Shown here: positions 34,865 to 44,006 of the stretch, piece by piece | How the letters are laid out: each line of letters opens with the position of its first letter | Numbering within the stretch: position 1 is the first letter of the stretch | Origin: an uncultured Acidimicrobiales bacterium | GTDB lineage: Bacteria; Actinomycetota; Acidimicrobiia; Acidimicrobiales; VFJN01 | Direction of reading: 5' to 3' | NCBI GenBank assembly: GCA_963735395.1 | Contig: CAVTKV010000015.1 | Span: 2,858 to 66,857, forward strand | DNA: 64,000 nt | Program-made: the position numbers and the translations under genes | The notes under the pieces: generated by a model | Databases searched by the model: none | What the model was told of the DNA's origin: nothing | What the model saw: only the letters and a program-made list of their open reading frames with translations

Positions 34865-37427
34865 ATGCGTCAGGCCGCCCACGGCCGTGCCCGCCGTACG
34901 GCCGCCCTGTTCGTCGCCGCCGCGCTCGCGCTCACCGTCGGGGCGTGCACCGACGACGGTTCGGGCGACGACGCCGGAGCCGTGGTGGGCGAGGGCGACG
35001 ACTACCAGGCGACCATCCGCCGCACCGACGGCGGCATCCCCCACATCAGCGGGGGCTCCCTCGCCGACGTGTCCTTCGGGCAGGGCTGGGCCAGCGGTCA
35101 GGACCGAGCCTGCGACCTGGCCGACCAGGTGCTCAAGGTGACGAGCCAGCGGGCCCGCTGGTTCGGCCCCGGCGAGGACGACGCCAACATCGCCTCGGAC
35201 GTCGCCTGGCTCGCCATCGGCATCGCCGATCGGGCGGCCACCGACTGGGCCGAGGCGCCCGACGACGTCGCCGAGCTGATCACGGCGTTCACCGCGGGCT
35301 GGAACGCCCAGCTCGACGAGGTCGGCGTCGACGGCCTGGCCGGCTGGTGCGCGGGGGCCGAGTGGGTCGGCCCGCTCGAGCCGGTCCACGTGTACACGTA
35401 CGCCCGCGCCATCAGCCTGCAGGCCAGCAGCGGTGCGCTCACCGACTACATCGCCTCCGCCGCGCCGCCCGGCGGCCCGGCCGCCGGTGAGGCCGCCGGC
35501 GGCGAGGCCGCGTCTGCCCCCCTGGTGCCCGCCGCCGTCGCGTCGAACGGCTGGGCGATCGGCGCCGACCGGTCGACCGAGGGCGGGGGGATGCTCGTGG
35601 CCAACCCGCACTTCCCGTGGGAGGGCGAGCTGCGCTTCTGGGAGGTGCACCTCACCATCCCGGGCGAGGTGGACGCCTACGGGGTGCAACTCTCGGGCCT
35701 GCCCGGCATCGGCATCGGCTTCACCGAGGACGTCGGGTGGACCCACACCGTCTCGGCCGGCAACCGCTTCACCGCCTACCGCCTGGACCTGGTGCCCGGG
35801 TCGCCCACCACGTACCGGTACGGCGACGAGACCCGCGAGATGACGCCCACCGAGCACACCGTCGAGGTGCTCGGCGACGACGGCGAGGTCACCGAGGCCA
35901 CCCGCACCACCTGGGCCAGCCACTACGGGCCGATCATCGACTTCCCCGGCTTCGGCTGGACCGACGCCGCCACCATCACCTTCCGCGACGCCAACATCGA
36001 CAACGACGAGTTCCTCGAGCAGTACCTCGGCATGCTCACGGCCGACGACCTCGACGAGTTCATCGAGGTCCACGAGCAGGTCAACGGCGTCCCGCTGTTC
36101 AACACGATCGCCACCTCGGCCGACGGCCGCGCCTGGTACGCCGACACGTCGGCCACGCCCAACCTGTCCGACGACGCGCTGGCCGCCTACGAGGCGTCGC
36201 TGGCGGCGGACCCCATCGTGTCGATCGCGGCCGACAACGGTGCCGTGCTGCTGGACGGGTCGGACCCGATGTTCGAGTGGGTCGAGGTCGAGGGAGCCCG
36301 CGACCCGGGGCTGGTGCCCCCCGCCGACCAGCCCCAGGTCACGCACGGCGACTACGTGTTCAACGCCAACGACTCGTTCTGGGTGCCCCACGCCACCGCC
36401 CTGCTGGACGGCGACTACTCGCCGCTGCACGGGCGCCAGGGCACCGCCCGTTCGCCGCGGACCCGCGAGAACGCGGTGGTGCTGGACGACATGACCGCCG
36501 AGGGTGCGTCCGGCGACGACGGACTGTTCACCCTCGACGAGCTGGCCGACGCCTCGCTGCAGAACCGGGGCTTCACCGCGCGCGAGCTGCTGGCCGACGT
36601 GGTCGCCCGCTGCCAGGCGGCCGGCGCGACGCCCATCGCCATCCCCGCCATCGACCCGCTCGAGCCGGGACCGGCGCCCGGGCCCGCCACGTCGGTGCCG
36701 GCGCCCGGACTGCCCGCGGCCACCGTCGACATCGCGCCCGCCTGCCAGGTGCTGTCCGGGTGGGACGGGGTGTACGACCTCGACCGCGCCGGCCCGCCCC
36801 TGTGGCGCGAGATGATCAGTCGCTTCGAGTCCGATGCGCTGACCGAGGCGGGCCCCCTGTGGGCCACGGCCTTCGACCCCACCCAGCCGATCGCCACCCC
36901 GAGCGGGCTCGTCCCTGCGCCGGCCGGCGGCCCGGCTGCCGACCCGGTGTTGCAGAACCTGGCGCGGGCGGTGCAGGTGCTCGAGGCGGCCGGCGTGCCC
37001 GTCGAGGCACCGCTGGGTGACGTGCAGTTCGCGCTGGCGGGACGGTGAGCGCATCCCGATCCACGGCGGCAACGCCTACGACGGCACCACCAACGTCGTG
37101 GGCTTCGGTCGCAGCTGGTCGATCCAGGACCCCGCCCTCGCCGGCCTGACGCGTGAGCTGGTGGCGCCCGGGTCGTCGCTGGCCACGATCGAGCGCGAGG
37201 CGGGCTACCCGATCAACAACGGCACGTCCTTCCTGATGGCGCTCGCCTTCACCGACGACGGGCCCCAGGCCCGCACGTTCCTCACCTACGGCGACAGCGA
37301 GGACCGGTCCAGCCCCGACTACGTCGACGCCACCCAGCGCTTCTCGGACAAGGAGTGGCGCGACGTCCCGTTCACCGCGGACGAGGTCGACGAGGCCACC
37401 ACCGAGGTGGTCACGGTCCGGGGCTGA
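34865..37427 (+). pseudogene. Penicillin/acyl-homoserine-lactone acylase family (Ntn hydrolase) lipoprotein, one-base frame change at about 37038-37040
   Basis: ATG 34865 follows GGGGGAG. Lipobox LALTVGAC. The nucleophile region is AAVASNGWAIG..MLVANPHFPW. The frame ends at GDVQFALAGR-stop, but the next frame continues DGERIPIHGGNAYDGTTNVVGF..DYVDATQRFSDKEWRDVPF to 37427. Confidence 0.8.
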
Positions 37428-37478
37428 GCGCGGCTCAGCTGCCGAGAACGGCCGCGGCGATCCTTCGGACGCGTTCAT

Positions 37479-37571
37479 CCACCCGCCGAGGTTCTCGACC
37501 TCGCTCGCCCCTGCCCGGCTGAGGCGCAGCCACGTATCCTGGACGGCGTCGTCCGCCTCGGTGAACGAGGC
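37479..37571 (-). pseudogene. About 30-codon remnant of an ECF-type sigma-70 factor (region 2)
   Basis: My translation of the minus strand gives SFTEADDAVQDTWLRLSRAGASEVENLGGW, which matches the conserved region-2 signature. Sequence on both sides is unrelated. Confidence 0.45.
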
Positions 37572-37903
37572 CGAGGGCGCTGGCCAAGCTGCCTGTGATA
37601 CCGGTCCCGGCCGGGTTCCGGTTCCAGCCGGTCGACACCGGCGAGGTGGCGGCGCGGCTCGTGGAACTTGCTCTCGGCACGCCGGCCGGCCTGGTGCCCG
37701 ACATGGCCGGCCCGCGGGTGTACGGGATGGCCGAGTTGGTCCGCGGGTACCTGCGGGCCGGCGGCAAGCGCCGGCCGATCGTGCCGATCCGGCTCCCAGG
37801 CAAGGCCGCCCGCGCGTTCCGGGACGGCGCGAACCTGGCGCCGGACCAGGCTGTGGGCCGCCGGACCCGGGAGGACTTCCTCGCCGACACCACCAGGAGC
37901 TGA
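37565..37903 (+). pseudogene. C-terminal remnant of an NmrA/SDR-like NAD(P)-binding protein
   Basis: ORF 37595..37903 (frame open from 37565) reads LPVIPVPAGFRFQPVDTGEVAARLVELALG..VRGYLRAGGKRRPIVPIRLPGKAARAFRDG. No Rossmann N-terminal half is present. Confidence 0.55.
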
Positions 37904-37933
37904 ACGGTGGTTCGAGGCTAAGCTGCGTCCGCC

Positions 37934-38485
37934 ATGGGGACGTACGGGGCGCCGTACCTGGGCCGCCGCTTCTTCGCCGCGCTCTTCGCGGGGTCCGGCG
38001 TGTGTACCGTCGTCGTCCTCGCCGCGGCGCTCGCGGGAGGGGAAGGCACGTTCTCCTTGCCCTTCGCGGTCTTCTCCGTGGTGTCCCTCGCGTGGAACGC
38101 CTATTGGAGCCTCTACCGCGTCGCCTTTCGCGTGCGCCTGCGGTCCGGTGTCCTCGAATGGGAGGCGCCGTTGCGCACCGAGACGCTGTGGCTGGCCGAC
38201 ATCGCCTCCATCCGGTTCGTCACGCTGTTGCCCAACGTCATGTCGATCCGGCGGCGCGGGGGCGGCACACTGCTGATGCTCTCGGGCAAGGGCCTCACGG
38301 CCCTCGTCGCCGAGGTCGTGCGGCAGCGGCCGGACCTCGACCACTCGCTCGGGCCGTGGACGAGGCTGGCCAACCGCGTCCCCGGCCCGTCCTGGTGGCG
38401 ACCGGGCCGCCACTACCGGTCCGTCGTCGCCGAGTCACCGTTGGCGCCGTGGCCCGTCTCCGCCGACGCCTCATCCGCTGGATAG
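37934..38485 (+). CDS. Hypothetical membrane protein (2 N-terminal TM helices plus a soluble domain)
   Basis: 183-aa ORF with FFAALFAGSGVCTVVVLAAAL and FSLPFAVFSVVSLAWNAYWSL. Confidence 0.55.
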   Translation: MGTYGAPYLGRRFFAALFAGSGVCTVVVLAAALAGGEGTFSLPFAVFSVVSLAWNAYWSLYRVAFRVRLRSGVLEWEAPLRTETLWLADIASIRFVTLLPNVMSIRRRGGGTLLMLSGKGLTALVAEVVRQRPDLDHSLGPWTRLANRVPGPSWWRPGRHYRSVVAESPLAPWPVSADASSAG

Positions 38486-38487
38486 GG

Positions 38488-40891
38488 CTACTGGTACCGC
38501 AGGGCGGTGCCGGGGCGCAGGCGGGCGGCCCGGCGCCGGGGGAGCGCCACGGCGGCCAACGCCAGCACCACGGTGCCCAGCAATACGAGCGGCGGGTTGG
38601 CCAGCGGGAACACCGACGGGATGTCCATGTCGGTGAGCGACCGGGCGATGCCACGCAGGCCCTGCAGCAGCAGCCATCCCGCCGGCACGCCGATGACCCA
38701 ACCGATGGTCACCAGCGTCAGGCTCTCGGCCGTGAACGCCCGGCGGATGTCGCGACCGCGGGCGCCGAGGACCCGGAGCACGCCGATCTCGCGCGTCCGC
38801 TCGATCACGCCCATCGTGATGGCGTTGACCAGCCCCAGCATGCTGACGGCCACGATCAGCAGGCCCATCATCCGCTGCACGCCCACGATCGCGTCCATGT
38901 CGGCCTGCTCGTCGGCCTGCAGCGCGTAGTTGCGCTCGACGTCGACCGCGTAGCCGGCGTCGCGCAGCCGGTCGTCCACCGCCAGGGCGGCCTCGTCGAC
39001 GGCGGCGCGACCGTCGGCGGTCGTCCCGGCGCCGTCGACGGTGACCCACAGCTCGTTGCTGGCCCCGGCGCCGGCGCCCGACACCTGCTCCAGCGTGGTG
39101 CGGGGCAGGAACACCGCCTGGCCGACGTTGAAGTTCGCCGAGTCGATGCCCACCACCTCGACGTCGACGGGGCCGGTGGCCGTGTCGAGCGCCAGCGTGT
39201 CGCCGACCTCGGTGCCGGTCGATCGGGCGACCGCCGGGCCGAGGACGGCGACCCGGGCCGCGGTGCTGGTCTCGTCCGTGGTGAACCACCGACCGCCCTC
39301 CAGCGAGGGCAGGTAGCGCCCCTGGCCGTCGAGCCCGACGGCGGGGTGCGAGGTGTCGCCGTGTTCGACCTCCTTGACCAGCACGGGCGAGACCACGTCG
39401 ACTCCGGGCGTCCCCTCGACCACCGCCCGTGCCTCGGCGTCGAACGCCGGGGCGCCGCCGTTGGCCTCGACGACGACGTCGTAGTCGAGGTTGGCGTAGA
39501 CGTCGTCCATCGTCGAGCGGATCGACGAGCCGAGGCCCATCAGCGCCAGCGCGGCGGCCACGGCCAGGGTGAGTTGGGCGACGGTGGCGGCCGACCGGCG
39601 CTTCTGGCGCAGCACGTTGCGCACGCCGATGCGGGCCGGGCCGGGCAGCAGGCGGGTGCGGGCCACGAACCGGTCGAGTCGGCTGCTGCCGAACCCGGCC
39701 GCCACGCCGCGGTCGTCGAGCGACGCGGCCACGGGACTGCGCAGGCCCCGCCGCAGGCCCGGGAGCGTGGCGAGCACCGCCACGACCGGGCCCAGCACCA
39801 GGCTGCCGACCACGACGGGAACGTCGATCGCGAACCCGGGCGTCACGCCGAACATGTCGGTGAAGAAGCCGGACATGAGCGAGGCGATGGCGATGCCCAG
39901 TGCCGTGCCGAGGACGGCCCCGGCGACACCGACCAGCACCGCGGTGCGGACGAACACCCCGGCGATCTGCCGGCGGCGTCCGCCGATGGCCTTCATCACC
40001 GCGATCTCGGTCCGCTGCTCGACGATCAGCGTGTTCATCGTGTTGGCCACCAGGAACAGCGCCGAGCCGAAGGCCAGCACGGTGACCACCTGGAACAGCG
40101 AGGTGATCTGCTCCACCAGCTCGCGACCGGGCCATTCGCCCTGCGGCGCGGACGGCCGGCAGGTCGGTCAGGGGGTCCTCGCCCCCGGCCGACGGCCGGA
40201 GCACGTCGCGGACCGCCTCGACCGTGGCGCCGGCCGCCGCCGGGCCGTTGTCGTCCAGGCGGAGGTCGACCTGGTCGACGACCGGGGCGCCCGCCAGGCC
40301 CTGCACCGTGCCGGAGCCGGCGTAGAACACCGGTTCGCCGGATCCCTCGGGCGACGAGCTGGGGCTCGTGGCCAGGCTGCGGCCGGTGCCGCTGACCTCG
40401 AGGGTCACCGGCTCGCCGGTGGCGTCGGTCATCGTCACCGTGTCGCCGGGCCGGGCGTCCTCGCCCACGTCGGTGTTGCCCGAGTCGACCAGCACCTGGC
40501 CGGGGCCGGGCGCCCGGCCGGACTCGACCCGCACGACGTTGACGTGCTGGGCGGCGAAGTCGAGCCCCCAGAGCATTGCCTGGTGCTCGGCGCCACCGTC
40601 GACCGTGGCCCGGGTGGCGTGCAGGGTGCGGGTGTCGGCTGCGGTGACGTTGGGCAGGGAGCGCACGTCGTCGAGGGCGCCGGCGGTCAGCTCGAGGTCG
40701 TCGGTGGCCAGGCTCACGTCGGCCAGCCGGGTGGCCCGCACCTCGTCGTTCATGGCCCGGTCGATCAGCCCGGGCACGGCCAGGGTGGCCACGCTGGCGA
40801 TGGCGAGCGCCAGGGTCAGGATGGTGAGGATCGTGCGGGCCCGGTGGCGGGACAGGTCGGCCCGGGCCTTGCGGTTGACGGTGGTGGCCAT
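38488..40891 (-). pseudogene. ABC transporter permease with two FtsX domains (about 10 TM, MacB/BceB-like), one-base frame change at about 40128
   Basis: The N-terminal part is in the frame of ORF 38471..40891 (MATTVNRKARADLSRHRARTILTILTLALAIASV..DLPAVRAAG). It continues in the frame of ORF 38488..40116 as EWPGRELVEQITSLFQVV..VEQRTEIAVMKAIGG... A second FtsX repeat reads IERTREIGVLRVLGA. Confidence 0.8.
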
Positions 40892-41739
40892 GTCAGCTCC
40901 TCCCTCGGGCGGCGCGCGGCGCGGGCGGGGTCCGGGGCCGGATCGGTGGCCGGGGACGGCGGCACGGCGGCGACCGGGGGTCGGACGCCCGCGGTGTCGT
41001 TGAGGATGCGGCCGTCGCGCACGGTGACCGTGCGGGGCGCCCGGCCGGCGAGCTGGGGGTCGTGGGTCACGAAGACCACGGTCGTGCCCCTGCGGTGCAG
41101 CCGGACCAGCAGGTCGAACATCTCGGCCGCGTTGTGCGAGTCGAGGTTCCCGGTCGGCTCGTCGCCGATCAGGATGCCGGGGTCGCAGGCCAGCGCCCGG
41201 GCGATCGCCACGCGCTGCTGCTCCCCGCCCGACAGCTCGAGGGGCAGCCGGTCGGCCTTGTCGCCCAGGCCCACCAGCTCGAGGTGGCGGCGGGCACGGT
41301 CGGCCCGGTCGGCGGGCGAGCCGAAGCGGGCGAAGTCCATGGGCAGCGTGGCGTTCTCGAGCGCCGTCAGCGTGGGCAGGAGCTGGAAGAACTGGAAGAC
41401 GATGCCGACGTTGTCGCCCCGCCAGCGGGCCAGGGCCTCCTCCTTCATGGTGTCGAGGCGCTGGCCGTTGACGGTGACGGTGCCGTGGGTGGGGCGGTCG
41501 ATGCCGGCGATCAGGTTGGTGATCGTCGACTTGCCGCTGCCGGACGGACCGACGATGGCGACCATCTCTCCGGCGGCGATGGCGAGGTCGACGCCGCGCA
41601 GGGCGGGGGAGACCAGCTTGCCGGTGACGTAGTCCTTGTCGACGCCGGCCAGCTCGACGATCTGCCGGCTGCCGCCGGGGCGGGGGCGGTTGTCGCGGTG
41701 ACCGGCATCGGGGCGCGCGCGTCCAGGGTGGGTGTGCAT
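40816..41739 (-). CDS. ABC transporter ATP-binding protein (MacB/LolD-type)
   Basis: In frame within ORF 40816..42342. ATG 41739 lies 7 nt after AAGGAG. Contains Walker A GPSGSGKST, signature LSGGEQQRVAIARAL and Walker B ILIGDEPTGNLD. In this frame the tail overlaps the permease start by 76 nt. Confidence 0.85.
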   Translation of the reverse strand: MHTHPGRARPDAGHRDNRPRPGGSRQIVELAGVDKDYVTGKLVSPALRGVDLAIAAGEMVAIVGPSGSGKSTITNLIAGIDRPTHGTVTVNGQRLDTMKEEALARWRGDNVGIVFQFFQLLPTLTALENATLPMDFARFGSPADRADRARRHLELVGLGDKADRLPLELSGGEQQRVAIARALACDPGILIGDEPTGNLDSHNAAEMFDLLVRLHRRGTTVVFVTHDPQLAGRAPRTVTVRDGRILNDTAGVRPPVAAVPPSPATDPAPDPARAARRPREELTWPPPSTARPGPTCPATGPARSSPS

Positions 41740-41779
41740 GGGGGGTCTCCTTGGTGGGTCCGGGGGGCCGGACGTCAGG

Positions 41780-42670
41780 TCAGTGGATGGGGGGAACGGG
41801 GGTGAGGCGACGGGGCTGCAGCCGCGGCGTCGGCACGGCCAGCGGGCCGGGGCTGCGGAGGACGGCGCGAGCCTCGGCCAGGGGGTCGTCGGGCGCGCCC
41901 AGCAGCCGGGTGGCGATGCGGGCGTGCAGCCGGGCCGCTGCGGTCGCCAGGGGGCAGGCGACCATGACGAACAGGACGGCGCACACGGCGGCTGCCACCA
42001 GCGCGGTGACCGGGTCGTCGATGTAGAGGCCGACGGCGCCGGGCCCGTCGGGCCCGTGCGGGAAATACCCCCACTGCAGCCCGTGCACGGTCTCGCCCGT
42101 GTCGAACGTGGTGGGCACGGCCCAATACCAGAGGGGGATGGTGATGCCGCCCAGGAGGGCGAGCCAGATCGACACGACGATGGCGTCGAGGGCCAGGAGC
42201 GGGGGGTAGAGCCCGACGAGGTAGCCGAGGCTGGGCGCCATCGACGGGTCGGTCCCGCGCCTCGCCACGGCGCCGAGCAGGCCGCGCGGTGCCGGCGTCG
42301 CCTCGTCGGGGGCCTCGGCCGGATCGATGTCCGCCGCCGCACCGCCCACGGGCTCGACGCGGTGGGTCGCCTCGTGCGTCGGGCGGTCGACGGGCTCGAC
42401 CCCGACCACCATGGTCGACCGCTGCCGCTCGACGTGTGCCGCAGCCCGGACCAGCGCGGCCGCCCCCAACAGCAGCGGCACGCCGACCCACACCAGCACC
42501 AGCGCGCCGGCCGTCACCAACGCCGTGACGATGGCGGCGAAGAACACGGTGCCGACGACCAGGTAGCTGAGCAGGTAGCCGGCGGCCCGCCACGGTTCGG
42601 CGCTCGCGACCAGGCGCAGCCGACCGCGGAGGCCGGTGGCGGTCGCGGTGGGGGGAGGCACCGCGATCAC
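41780..42670 (-). CDS. Membrane protein made only of a putative-sensor domain (the type found at the N-terminus of actinobacterial LuxR-partnered kinases)
   Basis: 296-aa ORF with WRAAGYLLSYLVVGTVFFAAIVTALVTAGALVLVWVGVPLLLGAAALVRAAAHVERQR and a second similar TM pair later. No HisKA or HATPase region. Confidence 0.6.
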   Translation of the reverse strand: MIAVPPPTATATGLRGRLRLVASAEPWRAAGYLLSYLVVGTVFFAAIVTALVTAGALVLVWVGVPLLLGAAALVRAAAHVERQRSTMVVGVEPVDRPTHEATHRVEPVGGAAADIDPAEAPDEATPAPRGLLGAVARRGTDPSMAPSLGYLVGLYPPLLALDAIVVSIWLALLGGITIPLWYWAVPTTFDTGETVHGLQWGYFPHGPDGPGAVGLYIDDPVTALVAAAVCAVLFVMVACPLATAAARLHARIATRLLGAPDDPLAEARAVLRSPGPLAVPTPRLQPRRLTPVPPIH

Positions 42671-42900
42671 CCCACGTCCCGCAACAGACGCTCGACGGCG
42701 GCCAGGCGCTGGTCGATCGAGTCGAGCCCGTCGTGCAGCTGCTGCTGGTTGGCCACGGCGTCCTCGGCGAGCTGCCGGTAGGCGGCCATGGCCACGGCAT
42801 CGGACCGGTGCGACTGGAGCCGGAAGTAGTTCACGACGATCGCCGTGATGCCGGCCACGATGATGGCGACGATCGCGATGGCAACGAGTGCGCCGTTCAT
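42667..42900 (-). CDS. Small membrane protein: one TM helix plus a coiled-coil tail
   Basis: 77-aa ORF with 4-nt overlaps at both ends (ATGA at 42897-42900, GTGA at 42667-42670). Contains LVAIAIVAIIVAGITAIVV. Confidence 0.65.
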   Translation of the reverse strand: MNGALVAIAIVAIIVAGITAIVVNYFRLQSHRSDAVAMAAYRQLAEDAVANQQQLHDGLDSIDQRLAAVERLLRDVG

Positions 42901-43298
42901 TGTTCTTCCACCTTGTCTTCGTTGTTGTCTTCGTTGTTGTCGTTGTTGTCGTTGTTGTCGTCCGTGCGCACGGCGGCGGCGATGGTGTCGATGGTGATGT
43001 GGATGTCGAAGGGGACGAGCTCGAAGTACTTCATCGCCCGCCCCTCGTCCGACAGCTCGAGCCGGCCGGCCACGAGGCCGGCCTTCTCGAGCCGGTCGAG
43101 GTGCATGTAGAGCAGCGGCCGCGAGAGGCCCAGCCGGCGCGCCAGTTCGCTGACGTGCACCCGTCCCTGCTGGAGGGCCGCCAACACCCGCAGGCGCTGG
43201 GCGTGGCCCACCGCGGCGAGGAGTGCGAGGAGTTCGTCACTGGTCGGTTCGTCCTTCGGCTCGTCGCTCACGGGTCGATCAGTCTTTCGGTCTTCCAC
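42897..43298 (-). CDS. ArsR-family winged-helix regulator with an Asp/Asn/Glu-rich C-terminal tail
   Basis: 133-aa ORF with HAQRLRVLAALQQGRVHVSELARRLGLSRPLLYMHLDRLEKAGLV. The tail reads TDDNNDNNDNNEDNNEDKVEEQ. Confidence 0.8.
   Translation of the reverse strand: MEDRKTDRPVSDEPKDEPTSDELLALLAAVGHAQRLRVLAALQQGRVHVSELARRLGLSRPLLYMHLDRLEKAGLVAGRLELSDEGRAMKYFELVPFDIHITIDTIAAAVRTDDNNDNNDNNEDNNEDKVEEQ
42915..42962. repeat. Low-GC 12-nt and 9-nt tandem repeats (GTCTTCGTTGTT x2, GTCGTTGTT x2, GTCGTC)
   Basis: Read directly. They encode the acidic/Asn tail of the ArsR-like gene. Confidence 0.85.
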
Positions 43299-43447
43299 CT
43301 GTCAGCGCACACTGACAGGTGCAAGTCCAGCTGTCAACGCCACGTCGACGGACGCGCCGCAGCTGCCGTTGGCCGACGCGCTGATGAGCTGCCTCGCCTG
43401 CCTGCCGCCAGCGTGTGATGCCGGGTCACCGGCGGGACCCGGGCCGG

Positions 43448-43891
43448 TCAGCCGGCGGGGGGTTCGAGCACGACGACCGGGATCACCCGCTCGGTGCTCG
43501 CCTGGTACTGGTCGTAGGACGGCCACAGCTCGACTGCCCGCGCCCACCATTTGTCCTTCTCGCCGCCCTCGACCTCGCGCGCCCGCAGGTCGTGCAGGTC
43601 GGGACCGTCCTGGATCGTCACCTCGTCCGGGTGGCTGAGCAGGTTGTGGTACCAGACCGGGTGCTCGGGCGCCCCGCCCAGCGACGCCACCACGGCGTAG
43701 CTGCCCTCGTGCTCGACGCGGATCAGGGGCGTCTTGCGCAGCTTGCCGGTGCGGCGGCCCCGCGTCGTCAGGATGACGCACGGCTGGCCCTCGAGCGTCG
43801 TGCCCTGGGTGCCCCCACTGCTCTCGTACAGGCTCACCTGGTCGGCGACCAGGCCCCACGGGCTCGGTTCGTACTCACCCTGTAGCGGCAT
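43448..43891 (-). CDS. Deazaflavin (F420)-dependent nitroreductase-family oxidoreductase (DUF385 type)
   Basis: Last 147 aa of ORF 43448..44104, from ATG 43891. Contains ILTTRGRRTGKLRKTPLIRVEH.GSYAVVASLGGAPEHPVWYHNL. Confidence 0.85.
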   Translation of the reverse strand: MPLQGEYEPSPWGLVADQVSLYESSGGTQGTTLEGQPCVILTTRGRRTGKLRKTPLIRVEHEGSYAVVASLGGAPEHPVWYHNLLSHPDEVTIQDGPDLHDLRAREVEGGEKDKWWARAVELWPSYDQYQASTERVIPVVVLEPPAG

Positions 43892-44006
43892 GGGCGGCAC
43901 TCTAGGCCGGTCGCGCTCGGCCGATCGCGAGCCGGTGCCAGGACTCGGCCCCTCGCGGGGGTGGTCTCTAGGCTGCAGCCAGCCCGCGATCCAGGAGCAC
44001 CTCACC

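Noticed and set aside
37561-41632. Long plus-strand ORFs 37561..40395 (944 aa) and 39569..41632 (687 aa)
   Set aside because: They are antisense to the clearly conserved FtsX permease and ABC ATPase genes. Composition is Arg/Gly-rich and no domains are recognisable.
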